A DNA stretch of 64,000 nucleotides, from positions 22,568,001 to 22,632,000 of the forward strand of contig OX597830.1 of the NCBI GenBank assembly GCA_951406725.2. The letters are read 5' to 3'. The notes below the pieces were generated by a model. The model saw only the letters and a program-made list of their open reading frames with translations, was not told where the DNA came from and searched no databases. Position 1 is the first letter of the stretch, and every line of letters starts with the position of its first letter. Shown here piece after piece: positions 51,529 through 63,834 of the stretch. This DNA comes from Octopus vulgaris (Eukaryota). Both the position numbers and the translations under genes were made by a program.

Positions 51529-51681
51529 ATAGATGTCTGCATGGTTTTGGTCTTTTATCTGCTGCCTTTTAGTTGTTTCAGTCATGAGACTGCGACCATG
51601 CTGGGGCACTGCCTTGAAGAACTTTTAGTCGAATGAATTGACCCCAGTGTTTATTATTATTATTATTATTATTATTATTCT

Positions 51682-52030
51682 CGTCTGGCACCTGTGTCGG
51701 TGGCACATAAAAAACACCATCCGAGCATGGCCGTTCGCCAGCCTCGTCTGGCACCTGTGTCGGTGGCACATAAAAAACACCATCCGAGCATGGCCGTTCG
51801 CCAGCCTCGTCAGGCACCTGTGTCGGTGGCACATAAAAAACACCATCCGAGCATGGCTGTTCGCCAGCCTCGTCTGGCACCTGTGTTGGTGGCACATAAA
51901 AAACACCATCCGAGCATGGCCGTTCGCCAGCCTCGTCTGGCACCTGTGTCGGTGGCACATAAAAAACACCATCCGAGCATGGCCGTTCGCCAGCCTCATC
52001 TGGCACCTGTGTCGGTGGCACATAAAAAGC
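51682..52030 (+). repeat. Near-perfect tandem array of a 63-bp unit (5 full plus 1 partial) at the 5' side of a family D element
   Basis: Units start at 51682, 51745, 51808, 51871, 51934 and 51997: CGTCTGGCACCTGTGTCGGTGGCACATAAAAAACACCATCCGAGCATGGCCGTTCGCCAGCCT. No spacers. Confidence 0.95.
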
Positions 52031-52582
52031 ACCCACTACACTCACGGAGTTGTTGGCATTAGGAAGGGCATCCAGCTGTAGAAACACTGCCAGATCTGAC
52101 TGGAGCCTGGTGCAGCCTTCGGGCTTCCCAGACCCCAGTTGAACCGTCCAACCCATGCTAGCATTTTGTTTTTAAGCCTGGTACTTATTCTATTAATCTC
52201 TTTTCCTGAACTGTTCAGTTACAGGGACATAAACAGACCAACACCAGTTGTCAAGCAGTGGGGGCAGACAAACACACACACACAAAACGGGCTTCTATCG
52301 GTTTACATCTATCACATCTGCTCACAATGCGTTTGGTTGGCTTGAGGCTATAGTAGAAGACACTAGCCCAAAGTGCCACACAGTGGAACTGAACCTGGGA
52401 CCATGTGGTTGGGAAGCAAAATTCTTACCACACACGATGACTAAATTGCCGTATGGGCTAATAACTGGATTATTTATATAGACTGAGAGATGCCTAGATT
52501 GATACACAAATTGGTGAATTGATATATAGATAGATTCATAGACAGGTGGATTGATAAACAAGATAGATTCAATTGTTTAGCC

Positions 52583-52806
52583 CAGGGGTTGGCGAACCAG
52601 AGTAAATTACCCCAAATGGGGTAAAAATGAAATTCCTGGGGGTAATAAGGACTCATTAGACATAAATAAAATTATATATAAAAATATATATAAAAAATGT
52701 GTTCCCTATTATCTATGATTTTCTTCCATTCAAATCTAGTGGGTAACGTCGATGTAAATAAATATATTTCGGGGTAATTGGATAAAAAACAGTTTGCTGA
52801 CCCTTG
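52583..52806. mobile_element. hAT MITE
   Basis: TIRs CAGGGGTTGGCGAAC / GTTTGCTGACCCTTG and TSD GTTTAGCC / GTTTAGTC. Confidence 0.75.
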
Positions 52807-53842
52807 GTTTAGTCCAATGTCAATCCTGTTCATGAAGGCTAATGATTAAAGGCAGTTGAGGAACGGAGTACTGTAGACTACATTATCTAATACAGTGGTC
52901 CTCAACCATCTTTTGCCTATGGGCTCCTTTGATTTCTGTTTTACTCAGGTGGACCCTCATAGCCATTTGAGGTTTTAAAAACCCCATTATATTTTTATAA
53001 TTAAATATTATTAGGAATTGTATTAAAAAAAATTGTTAAAATATTTTATGAATTGTAGAAATATAACCAATTAATTGAGGATAAATTTTAATAACAAAAT
53101 CTTATATGGACTCCACAAGGGACATATGGACCCGGTTACGGACTATTGATGTAATGTGTCCTTTGTTAAGAGAGCAGAGTACCGTTGGAGAGAGAGAGAG
53201 AGGTGGCTGCTGCTGTTTCTAGTAGGTCGACCTAACATGTAGAGGCTTCTTTGCTGGGTGAGATTGACTGGTGAGTGGAGGGTGTGGATGGATGGTAGAA
53301 GGAATGAATTAATTAACTGATGAATTATTCAGATGATGGCATGAATGCATTAAGAGGTAGATGGATATAGAGATAAGAAACTGGGGAGAGAGAGAGAGAG
53401 AGAAAGAGAGAGAAGGCAGGGTTTTAGAATGGGTTTGAAGCAGAGATATTATCGAAGTGTTTGTTGTGAATGAGAAAGGGTCAGCAATCTAATCCTTGGA
53501 ATGAAGGATTATTTTTGTTGTTGTTAGTATTTAACCTCAGATATGCTGTGATCAAGCAGACCCATGATTAAAGACATAAAGACAACCAAGCAGCACCAGC
53601 CTGTCTTGCTAAGGGTTGTTAACTACATATCATCTCTAGTGCTTTATTGTTTTTTTTTTGTCCAAGATGACAACGTGTTATTTAAAGGAGATTTGACAGT
53701 TATTTCTAGCAATTAGAGTGACCACTAAAATCTCCCCCTCCCTCCTCCCTGTTGGCTCTTGAGAGAGTTTGTGTTCAGGCTTGGGAATTTAAGGAGTAAA
53801 ATACTGGTAGGAGCAATGAGGTACAAAAAATTCTCAGAAATA

Positions 53843-54204
53843 TCTCTATATATAAACGACAAAATGTCTGTGTGTGTCCATTATACAAATCCACAATTTT
53901 TCAGTTAGAGGGCTTACACTTTCTATGGTCATTCACAACCGTCCAAGGGTGGTTGTGCACATCTTTACATTTCCTTAGTCACCCCGCAAAGCCATTAAAA
54001 AATCAATAGAAATGACTTTTTTGTGAATTTTCTATCCAAAACCCAATCAAAATGCCCGAAACTTGATACGCCAATTGAATGCCAGCTAGCTGTTTGTGAC
54101 TGATCAGAGATTTGGACAGTACTCACGAGTATGTGCACGCGCACGCAACTGTATATGCATGCACTATGACCCGGCACTAGCACTATGCCGGGTCATAGTG
54201 CTAG
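53843..54204 (+). mobile_element. Non-autonomous Helitron
   Basis: 5' end A|TCTCTATATATAAA and a terminal hairpin GCACTATGACCCGGCA...TGCCGGGTCATAGTGC ending CTAG|T. Confidence 0.8.
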
Positions 54205-54991
54205 TAAAGAAATAAATAGAAATATTAACATAACTTATGATAGAAGTAGGCTGGCTTAGGCTGGGTTCAGATGACTTGGTGGCAGCAGAGTGAGTGGAAG
54301 GTATCTACGTGACTTTTTTTTTTGTATTGGATTACTTTGGAAGAAGTGGAGGCACATGGCCGAGTGGTTAGAGCAGTGGACTCGCGGTTGAGGGATCGCG
54401 GGTTCAAATCTCAGACTGGGTGATGTGTGTGTTTATGAGCGAAACACCTAAGCTCCACATGGCTCCGGCAGAAGGTAATGGCGAAACTTCTGCTGACTCT
54501 TTTGCCACAACTTTCTCTCACTCTTTCCTCCTACATCTTGCAGCTCACCCGCAACGGACCGGTGTCCCATCCAGGTGGGGGAACCTATATGCCAAGGAAA
54601 CTGGGAAACTGGCCCTTAAGAGCCAGGCATGGCTCAAGAAGGAACAAACAACTTTGGAAGAAGGGATATGCCCATGGCTTTTATGGTTTGTCTGAGATCA
54701 ATGACATCAATGTGATTGAACTTCTGGGACAATCGTAAGTTGATGGTGGCAGGGAAAGAAAAATAGAAAAAAAAAATTTGTAAAAAAAAAATATGGGTAG
54801 GGAGAAAATTGCAGAGAGCTGACAACTTCTGGAGAGGAAATGTTGGTTCAAGTGATCAGAGTGAGACCAGAGATGGGGTATACACAATATGGATGAATAT
54901 AAATGATAGAAGGAAAAGAGATGAATGAGTCAAAGTGCCTGAGTGGAGATGGTGCATGGCCTGCCAGCCCTGAGGAGTGGAGGCCACTATA

Positions 54992-55084
<93 letters not shown>

Positions 55085-55159
55085 CAGCTACATCTGTGAG
55101 TCAGACATTGGAGTGTGTTGTTGCCAAACTGTTGGATGGTCATTTGCTTAAGATGTGGT

Positions 55160-55660
55160 CTAGAAAGTCTTTATGAGACACTAGGGGTGACAGTGAGACA
55201 CCTGAAAGACATCTGAGAGGTGATGAGATACTTGATGGACAGTGAAACACCTGAGGGATGGTGACCTGAAGAAAAGTGAAATGCCTGAGGGTTAGTGAGA
55301 CACCTGTGGGATGGTGAGACACCCAAGTGACAGTGAGACACTCAAGGGACAGTGAGGAACAGTAGGACACTTGAGGGATGATGAAACACCTGAGTGTTGG
55401 TAAGATACCCAAGGGACAGGGAGACATCCAAAGGATGGTGAAATTCCTGAGGAACAGTGGGTCATCAAAAGGATGGTGACACACCTGAGGGTCAGTGGGA
55501 CATCTAAGGATTGGTGAGACACCAGAAGGTTGGTAACACAACTGAGAATGGTGTGACAATAAAGGGACATCTGAGGGACGGCAAGACATTTTAGGAACAG
55601 CAAGACACCTGAAGGATGGTGAGACACCCAAGAGACAGCAAGACACCTGAAAGATGGTGA
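55160..55660. repeat. Degenerate minisatellite of about 21 bp adjacent to a BMPR2 splice donor
   Basis: More than 20 diverged units of GAGACACCTGAGGGATGGTGA-like sequence, ending about 30 bp from the exon boundary at 55689. Confidence 0.85.
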
Positions 55661-55688
55661 GTAACTAAATTGACTGAGAAGCACCTAC

Positions 55689-55886
55689 CTTGTCTGATGA
55701 GGGATATGTTACCGCTGTTGTCAGATGAAATAAACCAGAATGAGAAGCAATAGTCATTGGGCTTAGAACACCGGATGGTGACATTGTCAGGCATTATGGT
55801 GTCATGATTGGGCTTTTCTTCGTTGCCAGATTGATCATCGTTGTAGTATGCACAGTAAGCATGGTTCTCATCTTCTTCTGCTCTCA
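55689..55886 (-). CDS. BMPR2: BMP type II receptor, first visible coding exon (N-terminal half of the extracellular three-finger domain; equivalent to vertebrate exon 2)
   Basis: Boundaries tttgcag|TGAGAGCA...AGACAAG|gtaggt; 198 bp, phase 1-1. Encodes (V)RAEEDENHAYCAYY...VTIRCSKPNDYCFSFW...ISLIRQ, the Cys/aromatic pattern of type II TGF-beta-family receptor ectodomains. Joins in frame to 24725. Confidence 0.88.
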
Positions 55887-58054
55887 CTGCAAATAAAGAA
55901 AAGAAAAGAATATATATATATACGCACACACAAGGACATATATCTACATACTACTAAAACTCTGTGCTTGCCTGTAATTTAATACAGCCAAGCCGGAACA
56001 TAATGGGAAAATACTCTGAAAGAAATGTAGCATTAATAAAACAAGTTTTGCGTAAATTGGCCCATGGATTCCTGAGATACACATTTTTTGGGTTTTGTTT
56101 CCACAAATTTAAGCAGTCAAATCTGGAATTATTGCCCTTTACCATGAACACTTAGATAGTTTTGCTCACATGCTTGTCTAATTTAATACAGCCAAACCGG
56201 TGCATAATGGGGAAAATACTCTGAAAGTAAGGTAGCATTGAAATGTGAATACAAATGGAATAAAACAAGTTTCGCATAAATTGGACCATGGGTTCCCTTG
56301 ATACGTGATTTTTTTCAGGTACCTAGACTGTTGGTGACCCAACAGGTCATGGGTAGTCTAGTATATATATTTAAATACATATACACAAACACACACACAC
56401 ATTTATGTATAAACACATTTTAAAGTTATATTTACAAATGCAATAACAAACAAATTCACACACACACACACATGAATGCATATACACAAACTCTTACACA
56501 TATATTCGTGGCACTCCCTCAGTTGTAACGACGAGGGTTCCAGTTGATCCGATCAACGGAACAGTTTTGCTCGTGAAATTAACGTGCAAGTGGCTGAGCA
56601 CTCCACAGGCACATGTACCCTTAATGTAGTTCTTGGGGAGATTCAGTGTGACACAGAGTGTGACAAGGCTGGCCCTTTCAAATACAGATACAACAGAAAC
56701 AGGAAGAAAGAGTGAAAGTTGTGGTGAAAGAGTACAATGACCTATTCACTAATCTCTGGCCTACAAAACATGCTGTCTCCTCTCTCAGTTATTTTTCTAC
56801 AGATATTATTGGGGCCTCTGCTCACTGGAGCTGAATGGTCTTGTGAAATCTCCAATCAGGCACTCCCACCTTGTTCACCTCTATTTACTCCTCCTACCAC
56901 TACTCACCACAATCCAGTCCTTCTTTTCCCTGAATGCCATTCCTCTGGATTTCGTTTTCCAGCAGAAAGCAGTATCCAAGAGAATGGGGTTGGTGGAGAT
57001 GTTGTGTACATTAACAAGTGCCTAAGTACACGGACTGATGTACTCGTGGTAGTTTTAAACAGAAGATGGACACGGCAGAGTGGTAGGATAAAGAGTTGAA
57101 GGGTATTGATGAATGAAGTTTTATCTACCATCATTATCATCATAATCATCACCACCACCACCACCACCACCACCATCACCATCATCATCATCATCGTCGT
57201 CATTGTTATCATCATTGTTATTTAACATCTGTTTTCCAAGCTAGCTTCGGGTAGATGGTCTGACACAATCTTACAAGCTGCAGGATTGCACCAAACAGCA
57301 TGGCTGCACTAAGCTGCAGGGATGTGCCAAGCTGTAGGGCTGTGCTTAGCTGCACAGATGCACTAAGCTTTAGCATCAGCATTGGCATGGTTTCTATGAC
57401 TGGATGCCCTTCCTAATGTCAGTAAACAGATAATCTCTAGTTTTATGGTGGTACCAGCAGCTGTGCCCCAAATATGTGAACTGTACACTGATGTATAATG
57501 AATAAAATAAACTAACTGTCATTGGGTGTTCAACTGGGAAATGCTTTCTAGCACTCCTGAAAGAAAGCTGCTTTTGTGATACAATCTCAGTTATCTGATT
57601 TATGTGTAGTTGACATCAAAAATAATAAATGTCTGTTGTGAGTGGAGAATGTGGAAGTGCTGGTTCTCTGAGATTGGTTGTAAGCAGTGATGTAGTGGAA
57701 TGAGCGAATGTTTTTCTAGAAAAAATATGAAGAAGATTTGTGAAATGCTTTGCATTCTGAGGCTGCTGAATGAGACTAGGTTGTTGTATCTCTGTTTTAA
57801 GATGTTTTGAGTTATATTTATTATGTTGAGTCAAAAGTTTTGTAATATCGTGGTAGCTTATTTGCTTTATTCATCAAGTTACAATGAAAGCAGCCTAGCA
57901 TTCAAGGTAGAGGCCATCGTGCTGACCAGTCTGGAGCCACCTTTTTGCTGGTTCTTTGATTCCATGCCATTGTCATTTCTTGTCATTCGAAACAAAGAAT
58001 TCCTTCACTGAAGCTTCAACCTCCTCTTGGTTGATGAAGTGTCACAAGTGCAGG

Positions 58055-58230
58055 AAATGATGATGATGATGATGGTGATGGTAATGATGATGACAGTGAC
58101 GATGGTGATAGTGGTGATGATGATGGTGACAATGATGATGATGATAGTGATGATGATTGTGATGGTGATGATGATGATGATGATGATAGTGATGACGATG
58201 ATAATAACAATGATAGTTCTGATGATGGCA
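58055..58230. repeat. (GAT/GGT)n trinucleotide low-complexity tract (similar tracts at 57125-57220 and 62720-63260)
   Basis: Directly visible; gives poly-M, poly-H and poly-S pseudo-ORFs. Confidence 0.9.
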
Positions 58231-58846
58231 AGAAATAAGAAAAAAATAAAGAAATATGTCCTGGGTCAATTTCTTTGACTAAAACCCTTCAAAGTGGTGG
58301 CCCAGCATGGCCACAGTCAATGACAGAAAACCAAAATAAATAATAATAAAAGATCCATGACAGTACAAATAAATCTCCTAGCAACATACTGATCCCATTT
58401 CTAGGCGTAATCATCTGGATGTGGAAAATAATAAATACAAATCGTTGCTATTATACAAAAGTGTTGTAAGTCCAACACTTTGCTTTTTCAGCAAACAGTT
58501 TCACCATTCCATAGCAAAACCATTGCACTACACTTTGACAATTCTTGACATCTTAGCATCTGAAGCAGTTGGAGAATTTGGACATTTGAGAGTTTAGCAA
58601 TGAAATGTTTGCTTACACCAAAGGTACATTCTTATATGTGTGTGTGTGATGGTGATTTTTTTTGCTATGATGTAATCTAAGAATGCACCAAGAAAATGTT
58701 GGCGAAATAATTGCTATGAATTTTGAACTCCACATGTGTTCTTTTATGCATATGCATTACCTGGAACCAACCCTGGGTCAGTTCTATGATTTATATTGAA
58801 TTTGGTACCTATGTGCATATGTTCATGTCTATGTGTGTATATTTAC

Positions 58847-58881
<35 letters not shown>

Positions 58882-59114
58882 TATCTATATATTATTTTAT
58901 TTGTTTCAGTCATTTGACTGTGGCCATGCTGGAGCACCACCTTTAGTCAAACAAACTGACCCCAGGACTTATTCTTTGTAAGCCTAGTACTTATTCTATC
59001 AGTCTCTTTTGCTGAACCACTAAGTTATGGGGGACGTAAACACACCAACATTGGTTGTCAAGCAATGGTGGGGGGACAAACACAGACACACATATAGACA
59101 CATACACATACAAA

Positions 59115-59156
<42 letters not shown>

Positions 59157-59312
59157 GATGGTCTTCTTTTAGTTTTCGTCTACCAAATCCATTCACAAGG
59201 CTTTGGTCGGCCCGAGACTATAGTAGAAGACGCCCAAGGTGCCATGCAGTGGGACTGAACCCAGAATCATGTGGTTAGTAAGCAAGCTACTTACAACATA
59301 GTCACTCCTACA

Positions 59313-59351
<39 letters not shown>

Positions 59352-59789
59352 GCACACACACATATATAAATATAAATATATGCATGTGTATATATACATA
59401 CTTTTAGTGTACCTGTATTTCAAAGGGCCAGCCTTGTCACACTTTTTGTCATGCTGAATCTCCCTGAGGATTAAGTTAAGGGTACATATCTGTGGAGTGC
59501 TCAACCACGTGCACATCGATTTCATGAGCAGGCTGTTCAATTGATCGGATCAACTGGAATCTTCCTCATTGTAACCAATGGAATGCCAGTTACAGTGTAC
59601 CACAACTAAGGGTTGTGTTTACCTCACTGTGAACTCAATACCCAACCATTCCTGGTGTCCTACTTGTTGATATGCCTAGATTCTAACGAATCCTGTAACT
59701 GATCTATCTATCTATCTATACATACATACATACATACATACATACATACATACATAAATAAATAAATGAATAAATAAATAAAGGCAGCA

Positions 59790-60780
59790 AATGTCTGTCC
59801 ACAGAATGTCAGTGGTAGAACCCTTGTATAGAAGGACATTAAGATTCTTCTTAAGAAACAAAGCATTAGATAAAAGAAATCCATGGAATAAAAGAAACAC
59901 TATTCAACAATGGTTATGCAAGCCAAAGGACAATATAGACACACAATACAATATAATGGAATAAATACTTCAGATGGTGCCACACCTGTTGAAAATACAC
60001 AGATCACATAAAGTGTATTATGTGGATTAAAGCATACCAACAGCAGAATAGATGAACACATACTCAAAAATCTTGTAAAATGGGAACACAGAATGCATTA
60101 TACCAAACCATAGAATAATACTAATAATATATTAAAAAAACCACTAAAATCAAAAACGCTTTTTTGTTAATAAGAAACCATAAGCAGGTAAAATTGTGAG
60201 CTAAATTTTGATGACTGGTGTGGTTTATTAACTTAATTGCAAATATAAAGGTTATAAAACTTTATGACCAACTGTTATACTGGCCATAACTGTTCAACAC
60301 ACTTCTATTGACTGGCTATGGGACTTACAATATGGAGCAATTGGGACTGCACTGCACTGCACCGCACATCACAAGATGAAATTAGACAAGAAAACTTAAT
60401 AGCGTTCGGTTAATCACTATACATATCCATCATATTCTGTTAAAATGTCTTATTGGTGAGTTTCATTTCTTTATTTCCCTGAAGAGAAGATTACATTGTT
60501 TTACACGATTTTATTCCTTTGGAGTAATACCAGTGATATCTTCGAAACATGTGTTGGAAGTAAAAGAATTTGAATAACACTTGCATTTAACTCCATTTAT
60601 TTAGTTTTTTATATATATATATTTATATATATTATACAAAATATTTCACGTAAACCCAGAGTTTCTACCTTTAAAAACATGGAGTTACACTTTTTTTACT
60701 TGTGTGATTATTTACTACCCTGGTAACTATTTATCTATTTTTTCTGTGTTAATTGATAACAAGGGAAAAATACACACATC
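59790..60780 (+). mobile_element. Decayed Penelope-like retroelement (RT thumb/linker plus GIY-YIG remnant, followed by pseudo-LTR with hammerhead)
   Basis: Hand translation with stops and frameshifts: EIHGIKETLFNNGY (59876-59917), LIIY*KK, GVVY*LNCKYKG (60217), YTGH (60276-60287), QYGAI. These match the PLE motifs ...LxxNGY / VY-xxx-C / YIG in order, and a hammerhead lies downstream. Confidence 0.75.
60470..60564 (+). ncRNA. Type I hammerhead ribozyme motif (Penelope-associated type), intact catalytic core
   Basis: TTTATTTCC-CTGAAGA-GAAGAT...ATCTTC-GAAAC-ATGT-GTT-GGAAGTAAA. Stem I is 9 bp (one GU), core CUGAnGA, stem II 6 bp closed by G-C, GAAA, short stem III with ACATGT palindrome, GUU cleavage triplet (cut after 60555). 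Confidence 0.8.
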
Positions 60781-60812
60781 TATCTATCTCTCTCTCTCTC
60801 TTCTCTCTCTCT

Positions 60813-60871
<59 letters not shown>

Positions 60872-61468
60872 GGGTTTGTATGATTGTATATAGAGGGATA
60901 TATATTATTCAAAGGAATTCCAACTCAGTCTGTTTTTTATGTTTTATTTATATTCTTTATAATATTGATGTCGAATATAGAACATATATAGTATAAATAG
61001 AATATATAGTAAAATAAAATGAAGTATTGATTGTCTTATTGAATAGATGAAATGTTGAATATCAAATATTAAGGGACTAGTATACTTTCTTGCATTATAG
61101 CAGTCTTCAAGGTCCCAGGTTGTGACAGGAATCATCATTATCATTTAACATCCGCCTTCCATGCTGGCATGGGTTGAATGGTTTGACAGGAGCTGGCCAG
61201 GTAGAAGACTACACAAGGCTACTGTGTCTGTTTCGGCATGGTTTTTATGGCTGGATGCGCTTCTGAACAGCAACCACTCCAGAGAGCAGACTGAATGCTT
61301 TTTACATGCCATCAGCAGTGGTGAGGCTAGTTTTGGCATGGTTGTTACACCTGGATGACTTCCAAATGCAAACCACTTCACAGTGTGGACTGGATGCTTT
61401 TTACGTGGCACCAGCACCTATATGTCGAACCCATGCTAGCATGGAAGGCAGATGTTAAACAATGATGA

Positions 61469-61514
<46 letters not shown>

Positions 61515-61599
61515 TATAGGGTAGGAAAAAAATTATAGAAATTTTTTTCTACCAGTAGCCTAGTATGTATACAAAGTCAAGACATATTCTTCATATAAA

Positions 61600-61835
61600 A
61601 ATTAGCGTACATTTATACACAAAGAGGCAAGCCAATTACAGGTTGCCTAATATACTAGAAAGAACAGTCAAAAACTCCAACCCACTAGAGGTCCGGCTGT
61701 AAAACTTGATAAATGTTTTTATTTTTCATTCCCTTCGAAATTGCTCTTAACTGTGGTTTGGACTTTTTGACTGTTCTTTCTAGTATGTTAGGCAACCTGT
61801 AAATGGCTTGCCTCTTTGTGTATAAATGTACACTA

Positions 61836-61838
<3 letters not shown>
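61600..61838. repeat. Inverted repeat, 81-bp arms with 77-bp spacer
   Basis: 61600-61680 versus 61758-61838, 4 mismatches by eye; bounded by (TA)n tracts. Confidence 0.92.
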
Positions 61839-61884
<46 letters not shown>

Positions 61885-62077
61885 CTCTTTTACTGGTTTC
61901 AGTCATTTGACTGTGGCCATGCTGGAGCATCACCTTTAGTCGAGCAAATCAACCCCAGATCTTATTCTTTGTAAGGCTAGTACTTATTCTATTGGTGTCT
62001 TTTGCTGAACTGCTAAGTTACAGGGACATAAACATACCAGCATCGGTTGTCAAGCGATGTTGGAGGGACAAACACAG

Positions 62078-62126
<49 letters not shown>

Positions 62127-62293
62127 TATGACAGGCTTCTTTCAGTTTCTGTCTATACCAAATCCAGTCACAAGGCTTTGGTCGGCCTGAGGCTATAGTA
62201 GAAGGCACTTGCCCAAGGTGTCACGCAGTGGGACTGAATCCGGAACCATGTGGTTGGTAAGCAAGCTACTTACCACACAGTCACTCCTATGCC
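61885..62293 (-). mobile_element. SINE family A
   Basis: Reverse-complement match. Other - copies lie at about 5615-5830, 35712-36105, 38230-38606, 48950-49160, 52175-52430 and 58895-59313. Confidence 0.88.
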
Positions 62294-62598
62294 TATATAT
62301 ATAACACGTACACACTCAGTCTCACATGCACGCACATGTTATTTAGATTGTTTTAGGAATGATGGATCAAGGCAATGCTAGAGCACTGCATTCTGTATAA
62401 ATATATGGGGCAACATATCTTCTAAATTTAACAGAGAGAGGGGGTAAGGGGATGGATGTGGGTGGGTGGATGGGTGAGATAGTAACCTTTCTGCCACCCA
62501 AACAAGTGCAACTAGTAAATGTCATTGAGATATGTGACCAGACAAACCTGAGATGAGGACAGTCTCCACAGAATGAAAATCATGTTAACAGACATCCA

Positions 62599-62651
<53 letters not shown>

Positions 62652-63289
62652 CATATATATACACATCTATTGTGAGAGAAGCAATGTGGTGATGGTAAGG
62701 ACCGTGGGTGGGGTTTAAATGGCAGGGGTGGTGGTGGTGGAAGAGGAGAGCTGGAGGTTGTCAATGGTGATAATAACAATAATACTGGCGGTGATGGTGG
62801 TGGTGGCATTGGTGATGGTAGTGGTCATGGTGGTGACGATGGCAGTGATGATATTGATGGTGATGGTGGTGATGATGATAATGATGATGGTAAATTGGGT
62901 AGAGTTGTAAGTGGCGAAGGGGGGACAAGATTCTGGATGTCGATAAAGATGCTAATGACAATGATAGGGGCAATAATAGTGATGACGATGATGATGACGA
63001 TGGCAAAATGATAGATGTGGTGCATGTGGGCCAGATGTTGACAACTGTACTAAATGGCAACGGTAGTGGTAATAGTAGTTGAGGTGGTGGCTATGATGAA
63101 GATCATCATCATCATCAGTGTCGTTAACAAATAATAAGGATGAAAATGAATAATGGTGGTGGGAGCAGGAGGTGGGTGGTAGCATAAGTGGTGTTGATAA
63201 CAATCAGATGATGATATTAATGATGTTAGTGATAATGAGGACGATGATAATGACTGAATGCAATGAGGAAACAGTTTATACACCCTCCC

Positions 63290-63335
63290 CAACACATATA
63301 CATGTGTGTATATATATACATATACACACATACAT

Positions 63336-63380
<45 letters not shown>

Positions 63381-63482
63381 CATATATGCATATATATATA
63401 GATATATATATACATATACACATACATACATATATGCATATATATATAGATATATATATACATATACACATACATACATATA

Positions 63483-63535
<53 letters not shown>

Positions 63536-63623
63536 GCATATATATATATATATACACACACATACATATATGCATATATATATATAGATATATATATACA
63601 TATACACATACATACATATATGC

Positions 63624-63658
<35 letters not shown>

Positions 63659-63701
63659 TACATATATGCATATATATATATATACACACATACATATATG
63701 C

Positions 63702-63760
<59 letters not shown>

Positions 63761-63780
63761 CACACATACATATATGCATA

Positions 63781-63834
<54 letters not shown>

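Noticed and set aside
51578-52156. CRISPR array or repeat protein (VPPTQVPDEAGERPCSDGVFY)n
   Set aside because: Units are head-to-tail with no unique spacers, there are no cas genes, the context is eukaryotic, and the unit is part of a dispersed SINE-like family.
55140-55684. ORFs of 130-168 aa next to the exon
   Set aside because: Translations of the 21-bp minisatellite, with no independent coding evidence.
56737-57215. Candidate BMPR2 signal-peptide exon, using the gtgagt donor near 56905 on the minus strand
   Set aside because: No hydrophobic signal peptide, and the available ATG frames do not end in phase 1 as required. The plus strand weakly resembles a LINE endonuclease scrap (GVGGDVVYI), too weak to call.
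57600-58015. Possible coding remnant of an unknown element
   Set aside because: No motif I could recognise with confidence; it would need a translated database search.
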